Positions 42,285 to 59,732 of a stretch of 64,000 nt of DNA are shown here, piece after piece. The stretch is taken from NCBI RefSeq assembly GCF_009914755.1, contig NC_060926.1; one strand, written 5' to 3'. Positions within the stretch are counted from its first letter, which is position 1, and each line of letters begins with the position of its first letter. The position numbers were made by a program, and so were the translations under genes. Under the pieces are notes generated by a model. That model was given only the letters and a program-made list of their open reading frames with translations, searched no databases and was not told where the DNA came from. This DNA is from the human T2T-CHM13v2.0 reference genome, Homo sapiens.

Positions 42285-43480
42285 TCGTTTGTCCCCACGA
42301 AAGTAAACTATCTTGATTTCCGTCCTCAGAGACCAATTTGGCCTTTATCTGAGCTTCATATAAATGGAATCGTACAACATGTGATCTTTTATTTCAGGCT
42401 TCTTTTGCTCAACTGCATATTTGTGAGATTCATAGCATATTGCTGTTTCATTTTCATTGCTATATGGTTACAGAACACTTTATTTCTGCATTTTGTCGTT
42501 TGTAAATATTTAGATGATTCTGTTTCGGCTATTAGGAACAGTGCGATTATTTGTGTACATGTCTTTTGTTGACCATGTGAACCCATTTCTGCTTGAATAT
42601 ACTTAAGAGTTGAGGTGTGTTGAGAGTGAAACAGCTGGGTCACAGGAGATTCTGCCAAATTATTTTCCTAGGGAATTTGACCATGGGCACTTCCACAATG
42701 TCACGTGAAAGTTCTAATTTTCCCACAACTTTGCCTTCTGTCTTCTCTGTAGCCATTTGGCAGGTATGCCGGTGAGACCTCATTCAGGTTTTCCTTTGCA
42801 TCTTCCCAATGTAACTAAGAAGATTGAGCACTATTTAACACATTTACGTGTTATTTTGATTTCCTCTATTGTGTTTGTAACTTTTTCTCATTTTCAACTT
42901 TGTTTTTGGCCTTTTTTTTAAAAGTTATGAGTCATTTATATAATCTATACATGAAATACTGCAAAAATATTTAGCATAGATATATTTATTTTCAAAACAC
43001 CTGCAAATAGAAGTAATTCAGCAGTTTGAATTACAGTCTTGCCAGTCTGTAGCCTGGCTTTTCACAATCTTAATGATTTTTTTTTAATGATCATATGGTT
43101 CCTAATTCTAGTAAAGTTAACTTTTTCATTCACTTCTCCTTCATGGTTAGTGTCCCTTTAAGAAAATTCCCTTAACCCGTGGCCATGAGGATATTCTCCT
43201 ATGTTTACATTTAAGAGATTTATTATCTTATCCTTCACTGATATTTAGATCTCCAAACCATCTGAAAAGGATTTTTCTTCATGGTGTAAGGTAGGGAAAT
43301 TTTTCTGTCAGTGCTAAATCTCTCTTATTTCCAGCATTTAAAAAAAATCCAATATTTGTTCACTAAACTGAAGTGGACGCTTGTTGAAAATCACATCACC
43401 ATAGTTGCAAGGATCTGTTTCTATACTCTGTTCCATTGATTTCATCTGTCTTTGTAAGTACAGTGTTGAATATCTTGATT
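42285..43480 (-). mobile_element. L1ME-type 3' region
   Basis: cttcatataaatggaatcgtacaacatgtg...cttttgctcaac...ttgtgagattcat, continuing into antisense ORF2. Confidence 0.7.
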
Positions 43481-43589
43481 TGAGGGGTGGAGGGAGTTTG
43501 TATCTGCAATTTCAAGTGCTTTAAAAATGTTGACACAATTCAAATTATTAATTTTTTTGATATAGTAGACTTTTTCCTTATTTCTATTT

Positions 43590-43836
43590 ACATTTTTTAA
43601 AATTTTTATTCACTTTAATTTTATTTTGAGACAGGGTCTCACTCTGTCCCCCAGGCAGAAGTCCAGTGGCAGGATCACAACTCACTGCAGCCTCCACCTC
43701 CTGGGCACAAAGGATCCTTCCATCTCTGAGCCCCCAAATGGCTGGGAATATGGATGGGCACCACCATGCCTAGCTATTTATTTATTTATTTATTTGTATA
43801 GATGGTGTCTCGTTATGTTGCCTAGGCTAGTATTGT
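43590..43836 (-). mobile_element. 5'-truncated AluJ
   Basis: gagacagggtctcactctgtc...actgcagcctccacctcctggg; (TTTA)n linker. Confidence 0.8.
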
Positions 43837-44091
43837 ACATGTCTTGTGATGAACATTTACTTAAATTTTAAAATTGTTGGCACAAATGTGACATTATATC
43901 TGCCAATTTTTTTACCATCTGTAGGAACTGTAATACAGTAAACTTACATTCCTGGTGTTGGACACTTGTACCTTTTCTTCAATTTTGTTCTCAGGTAATC
44001 AGACTTGATGGAGTATATCAATTTTATAAATTTATGAAATAAAAAATTTATGGCTTATTACTAACAAATCTACTTTTGTTATCCACTCTGA

Positions 44092-44650
<559 letters not shown>

Positions 44651-44862
44651 AGGAGACTATCTATTAGACAACTGATCTATCTTCAATGTTCAATGTCATG
44701 AAAAACAAACAAAAAAGCCCATAAGGCTTTTTTTATGGCTAGATTAGGTAGCATTTCTAGATTAGGATAAACAAAGAACATAACAAAATGAGAAACGTAG
44801 AAATTGATTGGATTGTGGATCCTCAATTTTCAGCCCGTGACCCCAAAAAATAGGAGAAACAA

Positions 44863-45160
<298 letters not shown>

Positions 45161-45393
45161 ATGAGAAACAGCTTGTGGAAATTTGAACACGACCATTTAT
45201 AAGATAATATCATGAAAATATTATTAATTTTCTTAGGTGTGTTAAAGAGATTGTGATGTTATAGGAAAACATCTTTATAGAAGAAATACAGTTAAATATT
45301 TAGTGGTTTATTACTATGATGTCTTAAACTTATATTTAAGTGGTTTTGCAAAAAAAAATATGTAGTATATATACCTATGTCTTCATGTATGTG

Positions 45394-45460
45394 CATATAT
45401 ATATGCATATGTGTGTGTGTATATATATATATATATATGGAGAGAGAGAGAAAGAAAGAA
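45394..45460 (+). repeat. (TG)n(TA)n(GA)n compound microsatellite
   Basis: Directly visible. Confidence 0.85.
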
Positions 45461-47729
45461 TTATTGTATCATTTTTTCCAGTTTTCATGTTTTAAATAAA
45501 TGTTATGGTACATGCTAATTGAGAGATGTTGATACATACCTTTACTTGTCTAGCAAGTATCTGAGACCATTTTTGCATGTGAAACATATTTTTACTTTAT
45601 TTTTTCTAATTTCTGACATTCAGTACTACCTTATTACTGACTGTTGCTGATTACTTCCTTACTAATAATAAATGTAATAGATATAAGAATTGATATTAGA
45701 TTGCGCAGTTTTATCTAAAAGTCAACTTTTAAAAAGATAATTAATAAGTAATTTGCAAATATTACTTGTTTTACAATATGAAAGATGCTTTTATATGCCA
45801 CTTTTACAATAGACATGCTAGAAAAACCATAAACTTGTGTAAAGAAAATCCTGAAAAGCCATGTAGTAAAATGTAAGAAAGGCATCGTATGATGGTATAC
45901 TTCTTAATTTTACTTAAGAAAATCTGTCCTTAGGAAATATTTAGAGATAATTTATTTACATCTTTTAAAGGATGCCCTCTATGGAAACACTTAAATCTTT
46001 AGGATATAGAATTTTAAAAAATGCATATTCGAAGGATGAATTCTAAAGAAGTATTAAAATCTTTGTTTAAAAGAGCATCCAATGAAATGGGGAAATACTT
46101 CATATATTATTAATAATTTATATATATAATGGGAAAAATTACATTTCTCACATTTTCTAAAATGGTGTATAATATTCTATTTCTATATCTGCATATTTAG
46201 TACAAAATTATACTAAAAAATTAACAGTGACAAATACGGGCTAGTGGGATTTTGGGTTAAATGGATTGATTCTAAAGATATTTTTATTGTTTGTATATTC
46301 TAGAATGAAATGTTTTACTTAAATAACCAGGAGATTAAACATTCTGCACATGAAACTCATTTACAGGATCTTTAGTTAAAGCAATCTTAGGGCTTTGCCA
46401 GTGTTTTAAAATACAATCACACTCTTTTCTCCATTTCTTTCAAGAGAATGTTTGTTTTCAGCACATTCTTCTTTATTCTCCATAACTTTTCTAGAAAACG
46501 TAGTCAGTTATTAAAAGTTTAAATGGAAATGGACTTTGGATATCATCCAAGATAATTTCTTCATTTTACCACAAAGGCTCTGTCTCTGGGTCAAGGGCTG
46601 ATCACACCTTTACAGAATTCAGAAAACTGAGAGACAAGGTTTCCAAGAGGATGAATGGAAATAAAGTCATCTCCAGTCAGGTCACAGAATGTCAGGCTCT
46701 GAATTACCCATTAAGTTTTTAACTCAGACTAGAATATGCCTGTCTGACATTGAATATAGCTACCAACTCTGATCACTATAAAGTTTAGATTACTTTTCTA
46801 CACAATTTATACTAGAGGGTCATGAGGAAATTACATTTCCAATCACATTAACGGTTAAGTCCTTAAAAGAAAGTTTATATCACAGTAGGTTCTATATACA
46901 TCTTTGGTAGATGAACCATGTGGCCCCATTCTGATGTATGGAAATAAACTTCAAATACATAAAATAAAGTAACTTCAGCCAGAACAATAAATTATTCCTT
47001 TCCTCTCTGTAGATATTGCTTGTCCCCATGACTCATATTGAAGGCTAGAATGCTGGTTAGTGCTTCATCCGGTCTGCAGCATTTGCAAATGAGGAAAATA
47101 ATCCCAAAGAGCAACTTGTCCAATTATATCAGCATATCATTGAAAGGTAAATGTGATTATTATGTTTTTGGTATAATGTATAAAGTACAGCAGCTGACCC
47201 ACTGTATGCCTTTTTCCTTATATTAACCGAAGACATTTGTACTAACTGCATTTGGGTCTGCAGAATGGAGACTTTTCTTTAATCATATTTATCAAAATGC
47301 AAGTGCTTTAAAGAAGATAATTCAGGAAGATTTTTGGCTGGTTCATATAATTATCTGGCACTGTCTTATGTTTGTTATTATTGCCTACCTAATTATTAGG
47401 TGCTGAGTTCTTGTACAAAAGTCTGTTGAAAATATTATATGACTTTAAGTAGTGGTGTTTAGACTGACGTTGTCATTGATTCTGCTTTATGTACTATTTG
47501 ATACTTCATTAAGGAATATTAACGGGTTAACAACAAAAGTATCATAACGTTAATTTGAGAATTCTCAACTCTTAGATGAGCAAGTATAATAACCAAAGTT
47601 TGCACACAAATAAATTCAGTCATTTTTGATGAATTCTTGAGGAGAGATAAAACTAGAGGATTTCTAAGGAACCTATAAATTTACAAATTTATTTAAGTTC
47701 ATAATTTTGAAACCTTTCTGAAAAGATGC

Positions 47730-48295
47730 TACACAACATAGAATTACCATGACATATCAGTTCTACTCTAAAGTGTACCCCAAATAATTAAAAATAGAGA
47801 CTCAAAGAGATATTTGCATACCAACGTTGATATTAGTATTATTTACAATAGCCAAAAGCTGGAAACAATTTAAGTGTCAATCAACAAATGACTGAATAAA
47901 CAAAACATGATACATATCATGCAATGGGACATCACTCAGCCATAAAAATGAATGAAGTTCTGATGCATGCTATAACATGTAGGAACCTTGAAAATATTAT
48001 GATAAGTGAAATAAGCCTGACACAAAGGACAGATATTGTATGACCCTACTGATATGAAATATCTAGAATAGAAAATTCACAGAGGCAGAAAGCAGATCCG
48101 AGGCACCAGGGATGAGAGAGAATAGACAGTTACTGCTTAAGAGATACAGAGTTTCTGTCTGGAGTGAATAAAAGCTTTTGAAAATAGATAGTGGTGATGG
48201 TTAAAAACCATTATGAATAAAATTAATGCTATTGAGTTATACCTATATGGTTAAGTGGTGATTTAAATATAATGTATACATTCTGATGCAAACAC
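47730..48295 (+). mobile_element. L1MB (L1MB4-like) 3' end
   Basis: acaatagccaaaagctggaaacaa...gaaccttgaaaatattatgataagtgaaataagcc...aatagatagtggtgatggtt. Confidence 0.85.
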
Positions 48296-49041
48296 AGAAA
48301 CATAGAAACATCCAATAAATGACTGTGGGCTTTGAAAATATAACCAGGGGTTTATCTCAACACTGATATGTTCAACATTTAACAGATAATAAAATGGGTA
48401 TTGTCAATTCCACTTTTAAAAATAATTTCTAATAGTTAATGTATTTATAATTTGTAAGCCTCCAAATACTCTGATTAAAATGGTTATAGTTTTATATATG
48501 AGATGAAAATATAAAATAATAAGTAGAAAACACATAATACCATACCTATCATGTAGCAAATGTTCAGTAAATTTTAGTTTCTTCATTTTTCCTTCACATA
48601 GTACTGTGTAGGATAAACACTTAAGATTGAATAAAATGTCTTTAAATCATCTTAGAAGTTCTATGTCTTCCTGACATAGCTTTAATTTGTTATTGTTTCC
48701 AAAAATAATGAATTCCAAGAAGCGGTGATTAAGAAGTGTTTCTATAATCATTTATTGAAGGTGTTTAAAACATTATCAAGCATCTTGGAAATCTAGTTTT
48801 CATAGTTTGGATTTTACCAGTAATAAATATATGTTTGTTGTACACACTCTATAGAAAGTCAGTATCTCACCCCCCAAAAATTTGAAATTATTAACACTTT
48901 ACAACTGCTCAAAGAAATTTCATTTGGGCAAATATTACTTAACAAAATTGAAATGTAGATAAAATAACAACCTTATTTTGTAACTCTCTTTGAGTTAGTA
49001 ATATGATTAACTGAATTATGCTATCTTTAAAAATTGAGAAA

Positions 49042-52000
49042 GGAGGCAGAAAAAGACGGCAGAGTGAAAGCCTCCACAATAGAAGTCTTCCTAACAAGGA
49101 CAAAAATTTCACAACTATCTAACCAAAAAAGCAACTTCATAGGAAACAAAAATTAGTTGAGCACTCATAATACCTGGTTTTAACTTTGTATCACTAGAAG
49201 AGGCACTGAGGAGGTAGGAGAAACAGTCTTGAGTCTCGAAAGCCACCCTTTCACCATCCTTGGCAGTGACAGCATGTTCAGGGAAAGAATCGGAGTTCTT
49301 AGGGGAGGGAAAGTGCAGTAATTGTGAGTCATTGCATTGAACTCAGTGCTGCGCTGTTAGAGCAGAAAGCAAAACAGGAACAAACTCAGCTGATGCCCAC
49401 CCATGGAGAAAGCATTTAAATCAGTCTTAGCCAGAGGGGAATAACCTTTCCCAATGGTTGGAATGTTAGCTCCTGAAAACCTCACCCTCATGGGCTAAAG
49501 TGCTCTGAGATCCTAAATAACCTTGAAAGGCAGTCTAAGCCAAAAGTGCTGCAACATTTAGGTGAATCCTAGTGCTTGATTAAGAGCCAGTGGACAGGGG
49601 AGCATGCAACGTACTGAGACACCAACTAGGATGGCTAAGGTAGTGCTAGGACCATATCTCCCTTAACCCCAGGCTGCGCAGCTCACAGCCACAAAAGAGA
49701 CCCCTTCCTTCCACTTGAGGAGAAGAGAGAGAAGAGTGTGAAGAACTTTGTCTGCATCTTGAATACCATCTCAGGCACAGTAGAACAGGGCATGAATCAG
49801 TCATGAGGCTCCCATTACAGGTCCTAGCTCATGGATGACATTTCTAGACACACCCTAGGCGAGAAGAGAACCCAATTTCTTGAAGGAGTAAGTCCAGGAT
49901 TTATCACCTGCTAACTGACAATCCCTTGGCCCCTAAATAATAATAAGCAATATCCAGCTAGTATTGTGTGGGACTTTGGTGAGACTTGCTGACTTCAGTT
50001 AATACTCAGCACATTCTCAGCTATGGTGGCTAAGAGGAGAGACTTCTGCTTGAGAAAAGCAGGGCAAAAAGTAAAAGGGACTTAGTCTTGCACTTTAGGT
50101 ACTAGCTTGTCCACAGGGAGGTTAGAGCACCAAGTAGGCTCTTGGAGTCTCCAATTTCAGGCCTTGGCTCTTGAACAGCATTTCTGGAGCTGCCCTGGGC
50201 CAGAGGGGAGCCCACTGCCATGAAAGATGAGTCTCAGGCTAGAAAGCATTTACAACAAGCTCATTGAAGAGCCCTTGGGCTTTAAGTGAACATTGGTGTT
50301 AACCTGGCATGACTCCCCATGGGGCTGTGGTAGTGGTGGCCATGGGGTGAAGCCCCTCTGCCAGTGGAAAGGGAAGAGAAAAGTGGGAGAATGGAATCTT
50401 TTGGTTTAAGTACCAGTTCAGTTTTAGTACAACAGAACACAAAATAGACTTCTAAGGCTTTTGACTTCAGTTCCTGGCTCCTGAACAGCACCTCTGGACC
50501 CATCTGAAGCCTGAGGAAACTTGCTGCCCTGAAAAGAAGGACACAAGGCTGGCTGGCTTCACCACCAGCTGATTGTAGAGCCCTAGGGACTTGAGTGAAC
50601 ATAACTGCTACCTTTGTAGTTGTTACAGTGAGTCTTGGGTGAGACCTAGTGCTATCCTGACTGCAGGTCTTTCTCAGGGCAGTTTCTATGGTGGTGGCCA
50701 CACAGATGCTTGTTTCACTCCAGCTCAATGTCCAGGTGGGTCAGAACAAAGAGAAAGTTTGGGAAGTTTGTTTGGGAGAAAGTAAGGGAAGAGAACAAGA
50801 GTCTTTGCCTAGTAATCTAGAGAATTCTTTCAGATCTTGTCCAAGGCAATCAAGGCAATATATCCATGTGATTCTGCAAGAGTCACACTATTACTGGCTT
50901 GGGGTGCCCCCTAAAGCAGATACAGCTTATATCGCAACACCCATGTCCTTTTGAATATCTGGAAAACTTTCCCAAAGTGGACAGGCACAAAAAAGCCCAG
51001 ACTATGAAGACTATAATATTAATACATGTGTAACTCTTCAATGCCCAGACACAGACAAATATTCACGAGTATCAAGACCATCCAGGAAAACATGACCTCA
51101 CCAAATGAACTAAATAAGACACCAGAGATCAATCCTAGAGAAACAGATATGTGACCTTTTAGATAGAAAATTCAAAATAGCTGTTTTGAGGAAATTCAAA
51201 GAAATTCGAGATCACACAGAGAAGAAATGCAGAATTCTATCAGATAAATTTAGCAAACAGATTGAAATAACTAAAAGAAATCAAGCAGAAATTCTAGAGC
51301 TAAATAATGTAATTGACACACTGAAAAATGCATCAGAGGCCTTTAGACAAAAAAGAAGAGTTTTTAGAAAAAAAGAGAAGATCAAATAAATAAAATCAGA
51401 GATAAGAAGGAGACCATACAACTGATACTGCAGAAATTCAAAGGATCATTAGTGACTACTATGAGGAACTACATGCCAATAAAATAGAAAATCTAGAAGA
51501 AATGGACAAATTTCTATACACATAAAACCTACCAAGATTAAACTGTGACTATATTATTAAACACCGGAATGGATCAACAACAAGTAACAAGTAACAAGAC
51601 TGAAATGGTAATAAAAAATCTTCCAGCAAAGAAAGCCCAGGATCTGATGACTTCACTGCTGAATTCAATCAAACATTTAATGCAGATCTATTACCAATTA
51701 TACTCAAACTGTTCTAGAAAACAGAGGAAGAGGGAGTACTTTGAAACTCATTCTGTGAAACCAGTTTAACCTGCTATGAAAACAAGACAAGAACACACAC
51801 ACCCACACACAAAGAAAACTGCAGGACAATATCTCTGATGAATATTGATGCAAAAATCCTCAACAAAATACTAGCAAACCAAATTCAACAACACATTAGA
51901 AAGATTATTAACCACGAACAATGGTATTTATCTAAGGAATGCAAGGATCATTCAACATAAGCATATCAGTCAATGAAATACAACAATATCAACAGAATGA

Positions 52001-53935
52001 AGGACAAAAGCCATACGATTATTTCAATTTCTGCTGAAAAAAAGCATTTGATAAAATTTGATATCTATTCATGATAAAAAAATAAAACAACTAGTTATAG
52101 AAAAAACATACAACACAAAAATAGTAAAGTTATTCTATGTTCATGGCTTGGAAGAATTGATATTGTTAAGATGTACATACTACCTAAACCAATTTACAGA
52201 TTCAATGCAATACCTATCAAAATACCTCTGACAGTCTTCACAGAATTAGAAAAAAAAAACTATCCTAAAATTTATATGGAATCATAAATGTCCCAGAATA
52301 GCTAAAACTATCCAAAGCAAATAGAAAAAAACTGGAGGAATTAAATTACCTGACCTCAAATTATATTACAGAGCTATAGTAACCAAAATAGCATATTATT
52401 GCCATTAAAAACAGATATATGGACCAGTGGAACAGAATAGAGAACTAAGAAATGAATCCATACATCCACAGTGAACTAATTTTCAACAAAGTGGGGTGCC
52501 AAAAACATACATTGGGGAAAGGAGAGTCTCTTCAATAAATGTTGCTGGGAATCTGGATATTTCTATACTGAAGAACGAAACTACACCACTATCTCTCACC
52601 ATATACAAGAGTCAAATCAAAATGGATTAAAGACTTAAATGTAAGACCTCAAACTATGAAACTACTAAACAAAAACTTTTGGAAAACTCTCCAGGACATT
52701 GGAGTGGGCAAAGACTTCTTGAGCAATATCCCACAAGCACAGCAACCAAAGTAAAAATGGACAAATGATATCACATCAACTTTGAAAGCTTTTGCACAGC
52801 AAAGGAAATAATCAACAAAGTCAAGAGACAGCCCATGGAATGGGACAAAATATTTGCACACTACCCATCTGACAAGGGATTAATAACCAGAATATATAAG
52901 GAGCACAAACAACTCTAGAAGAAAAAAATCTAATAACCTGACTGAAAATATGGAAAATATTTGAATAGACATTTCTCAAAAGAAGATATACAAATGGCAA
53001 ACAGGCCTATGAAAAGGAGGTCAACATAACTGATCTTCAGAGAAAAGCAAATCAAACCTACAATGAGGTATCATCTCACTCCAGTTAAAATGGCTTTTAT
53101 CCAAAAGACAGGCAGTAACAAATGTTAACAATGATGTGGGAAAAAGAGAATGCTTGTATACTGCCGGTGGGAATGTAAATTAGTGCAACCACTATGGAGA
53201 ACAGTTTAGAGGTTTCTCAAACAACTAAAAATAGAGCTAACATATGACCCAGCAATCCCACTCATAGATATATACCCAAAAGAAAGGATATTAGTGTATT
53301 GAAGAGATATCTCCACTTCCATGTTTATTGCAGCACTATTCATAATAGAGAGTGAAGGTTTGGAAGCAACCTAATCGTTCATCAATAGATGAATGGAAAA
53401 AGAGAATGTGGTACATATACACAGTGGAATACTATGAAGCTATAAAAAAGAATGAGATCGTGTCATTTACAGCAACATAGAGGAAACTGAAGGACATTAT
53501 GTTAAATGAAATAAGCCAGTCTCAGAAAGACAAACATTGCATTTTCTCACTTATCTGTGGATGTTAAAAATTAAACCACTTTAACTCATGAAGATAGAGT
53601 GGAAGAATGCTTTTCAGAGGCTGGTAAGGGTAGGCAGGGGTTGCGGGGGGGAAGGGAGGAAGTCTAATGGGTCCGAAAGATATTTAGAAAGAATAAATAA
53701 GACCTAGTATTTCCTACACAATAGAGTGTGTATAGGCAAAAGTAATTTAATTGTACATTTTAATTAACTAAAAGTGTGTAACTGGATTTTTTGAAACAAA
53801 GTATGAATTATTAAGGTGATGAATGCCTTGCTTATGCTGTGATTATTACACATTGCATGCCTATATCAACATACCTCACATAACCTATAAACATCAACAA
53901 CTATTATGTACCTACAGAAACTGAAGATAAAAAAA
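49042..53935 (+). mobile_element. L1MA2/L1M1-type element with 5'UTR, ORF1 start (51041) and 3' end, carrying two large internal deletions
   Basis: 5' end ggaggcagaaaaagacggcagag...ctggttttaactt; ORF1 atgcccagacacagac; jump into ORF2 at ~51341; second jump at ~52112; L1MA 3'UTR ending actattatgtacctacag. Confidence 0.88.
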
Positions 53936-54159
53936 GTTTAAAACTGAAGATTATGAGATTATGATGAATGAAATGAATAAAAAGAAGTCACATGATCTCA
54001 GATGTAACTCAGAAAAAGTGAATATTAAAAATGTGAAAGGGGACTAACTTCTTAATGACAGTGAAATGTAATGAGAAGCTGTAATATGTATAACTTATTT
54101 AATGGGCATATAGTATTATATGCCAGACATGTTAATGAAGATGAACTTAAATTGTAAAA

Positions 54160-54797
<638 letters not shown>

Positions 54798-56532
54798 AGG
54801 TGTGTATTCTTATATTCATTTTATTTATGAAGAGGCTAAAACTTGCAGAAGTTAATTAAATTGCCAAGTCCGTATGGATCGGAATTGGCAAAGCAATAAT
54901 TCCAGCAGGGTCTGACTGTTCCACATGGGTATTTTTTTACACTTTGCCTCACAGACATCCATGTCTAAAATTTGAAAAAACAAAAAGATAACTCTAGTTT
55001 TAATTTTAAAAAATGAATATGCTCATATCAAACTATTATTTTAAAAAGAACCATAACTTCTACTTACGGGAAGATGGACTATACATATATTCCTTATTCT
55101 TTTCAATAATTACAACTTAAAACCCTGAGCACTGTATATAACACAAAAATAAGAAAATTCTGAAAAGTAGGAAGAAAAAGCATGTGTTAAACACATAAGG
55201 AGCTGAAAATTTCACCGCTTCTGGCAGTAATGAGGTGCCCTTTTTTTCCCAGATGGCGTGGTATTAGAGGAAATGTAGTGACAGCTTTGACGACACCCAG
55301 TGGTAACAAGGCCACCCACTCCACTATGTCAGTGAAGACCACATGAAGGACCAATGCTCCACAAAATCATGGCAAAAATAATAATATGTGCTGCCCATCA
55401 GACCTTCAAAATATATGAAGCAAAACCTGAGAGAACTAAAAGGACAAATAAAACACTGAAAAGAAAAAAAAAAGTCAAAATTACATCTAGAGCCTTCAAC
55501 ATCCCTTCCTCAATTACTGATGTAGAAAGTCATCAAGGAGACAGAAGTGAAAATACCATTCACCAACAGGATCTCATCAACATTTATGAAACACTCCATA
55601 CAACAACAGCCCACACGTTTTCAAGTGCCCACAGAACACATGATAGACCATAGCCTGGGTCATAAAAGAACCTCAACAAATAAAAAAAAATTGAAAACCA
55701 TAGACAGAGTCTTTAGTGAACAAAATGAAATTAAATGATAGACTAGTGACAGCAAAAACAAATAAACACTTCAAAATGAACAGCACATCTCTAAATAATT
55801 CACTGATCAAAAAGCAGGTCTCCAGGGAAATAAAAAAAAAAAATACACTGACCTGAATGAAAATGAAAATACAACATACCTACACTATGGAAAACATACC
55901 AATGAGTTCTGAGAGAGAAATTCATGGCAATGACTACGAAAGAGGCTGTGTTAAATGAACAATTTTACATATTCCACCAAATACAGAAAAGAAAGAGCAA
56001 ATTATTCCCAAAACAACAAAATGGAGAAAATAATAATAATTAAGAGCATGCATCAGTGAAAATGAAAACAGAAAATAATAAAGAAAATCAAAGAAACAAA
56101 TAGCTGGTTCTTAGAAAAGATTAATAAAATTCATGAATCTTTGGCATAGCTGACAAAATAATTAAATAAGACACATTAACAAGATAGACATCAAAAAAAT
56201 AAAAGAATACCATAACCTATATATACATAATTTAAAAACTATGATTTAATGAACCAATTCATTAAAAAACACAAGCTACAACAACTAATCAAATATAAAA
56301 TAGATAATTGAGTATACACAGTATCTTTGAGAAAACTGAATTAGTAAATTAAATACTCTGAGAAAAAAAAATTATGTCCAGATGGTTTCACTGTAGAATT
56401 CTAGTAAATGTTTAAAGAATTTATCCCAATTCTATACATCTTCCAGAAAATACAAGAGAAGAAATACTTTCTGATTTATTTTATAATGCTAGTATTATTT
56501 GATATCAAACTACAAAAAGAAAGTACAGTACA

Positions 56533-56872
<340 letters not shown>

Positions 56873-57402
56873 CTATGGACTAATATAACTGACAAAGATG
56901 CAAAAATCCTTTAAAATAGTAGTAAATAGAATTCAACAATAAATAAAAATAATTATTTAACAAAGCCAAGTGGAATTTATTCCAGGTAAGCAAGGCTGGC
57001 TCAATATTAAAAACTCAATTATTGTAATACATCATATCAACAGGCTGAAGAAAAAAATTATATGATTATATCAATCGATTTGGAAATACATCTGACCAAC
57101 CATTTATGACAAAAATTCTCTGAAAAAAGTAGAGAATAGAGAGCAACTTCCTCTATAGCTACCACAAAGTATCTACAAAAGTTCTACACTCAAGATTGTA
57201 ACATTATACTTAAAGGTAAAAGAATAAATACTTTTCTGCTGAAATTAGGATCAAAAATGTTCAATCTCAACACTCTTATTCAACATAATTCTATAAGTTT
57301 TAGTCCTTACAATTAGGACAAAAAAAGAAAAAAATACATACATATTAAAAGAAAAACCTGTTCCTTTTTGCATATAATGTAATTGTTTATGTGAAAAATT
57401 CT

Positions 57403-57556
57403 GGCCTGGGCACAATGGCTCAAGCCTGTAATCCCAGCACTTTGTGAGGCCAGGGTAGGAGGATCATTTGAGCCCAGGAGTTGGAGGTTTTAGTGAGCTA
57501 TGATCATGCCACTGTGCTCCAGCCTGGGTAACAAGTAAGACCCTGTCCCTAAAAAT
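57403..57556 (+). mobile_element. FRAM/FAM-like Alu monomer
   Basis: ggaggatcatttgagcccaggagttggagg..agtgagctatgatcatgccactg. Confidence 0.8.
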
Positions 57557-59402
57557 ATGTTAATTAATTATTAATAAAAAAAACCAAGGAATCTGTCAAA
57601 TAACAATAAACAAACAGAAAACAGCTCCTCCAACTAATTAATGAGTGCAGCCAGGTTGCAGAATTTTAGATTAACATACAAAAAGCAATTGCAGTTTCAT
57701 ATAGGAGCAATGAATATGTGGTTACCAAAAGTAAAAATATGAAAATGTTTACAATCACTGAAAGAAAACACATAAGTCAGCCTAAATCTAACAAGCTTTG
57801 TACAAGACTTGTATGCTAAATACTGTGTAATGACATGACAAAAATAAAAGAAAATCTAAATAAATTGGAAGACACTGTAGACACTTAAAGACAGCATAGT
57901 AAAAATGTCAGTTGTTCTGAAGTTGGTATAATGGTTTGACGCAATTCAAAGAATACACTTTATATAAACAATATTATTCTAAAATTTACATAGATAGACA
58001 AATAAACTAAAATATTAAAAACAGTTTTGTAAAATAAGAATAAAGCGAGAGGAATGGATTTACTTTAAGATCACCACTACACTGCTATAGGAATCAATAC
58101 TGTGTGGTATGAGTGGAGATCAGAAATGAACAAAACAGAATAGAGAATTGTTAACAATAGTTAATAGTGAAGCACACTGATTTTTTCATAAGTTTACAAA
58201 AGCAATTCAATATAGAAAGACAGATTTTTTAACAAATGATGCTGGAGCAATTTTACCATAAGTAAGAAACCTTGACCTAAATGTTGCATGTTAAAAAAGG
58301 AACTCAAAATGAATCATCTTTAAATGTAAAACTAAAAAACTTTTAGAAAACAAATTAGAAGAAAAAAAAAGTTTCACATCTAGGGCCAGGGAAATAATTA
58401 TCACACTTGTCACCAAAATCTCAATCCAATAAAGAAATAAATTTTATCAACATTAAAAACTGTCATTCTACAACATATTTTGCTTAAAGGAGAAAAAGGA
58501 CAAGTTACAAAATGGGAGAAAGTATTTGCAAGCCATGTATCATAAAAAAGAATATTATTTAATATATAAGGAACTCTCATAAGTCAAAAAACAAAATGTC
58601 TAACTACAAAGAGGGCAAAACACATTAATAAACATTTCCTCAAAATGAATATACAGCTGGTAAATCATCGCATGATCATTCAACATCATTTGTTACTAGG
58701 GACATGTATACCATAACCACAATGAGAGCACTATACACTTATCAGAATGGTCAAAATAAAAAATAGCGACACCAGGGAAACAGTATTACCCATAGCATTT
58801 CTAGTATGAATTTGAAATGTTTTACCACTCTGTAAAACAGTTTTACAATTTCTTAAAACAGTAGGCATGCCGCTATTGTACTCCTCAACAACCGCACTCT
58901 TAGGTGATTCATCTGGATAAATGAAGACTGATATTCACACTAAAACCTCCGCTTGAATGTGTATAGCAACTTTATTCATAGTATCCCCAAACTGAATATC
59001 ACTCAATGATCATGGTTAATCACGGGTGAATGATTAAACAAATTGCAGTGCATCCATACTGTGAACTATTATTTAGCAACAAATAGGGATGAACTATTGA
59101 TACATGCCACGACTTGGCAAACTGATAATTATTCTAACTGAAACAAGCCAGGATCAAGATATTACATACTGTATGATTCAATTTACATAAAACTGAAATG
59201 GCAAAACTATAGAGATACAGTCCTGATTGGTGGTTGCCATAGATTGAGGAGGAAGAGTAGGAGACAAAAGAGTAGTGGGTGTGGCCATAAAAAAGCAGCA
59301 TGACAATTCCTTTTGGGGATACAAATGTTGTGCATATTGGACACAACCATGCCAGCATTCTGTTTGTGATAATGTACTATAGTTTTATAAGATATTAGCA
59401 TT

Positions 59403-59732
<330 letters not shown>

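Noticed and set aside
50282-50954. 148-aa and 88-aa ORFs
   Set aside because: Inside the L1M1-type 5'UTR with no recognisable domain.
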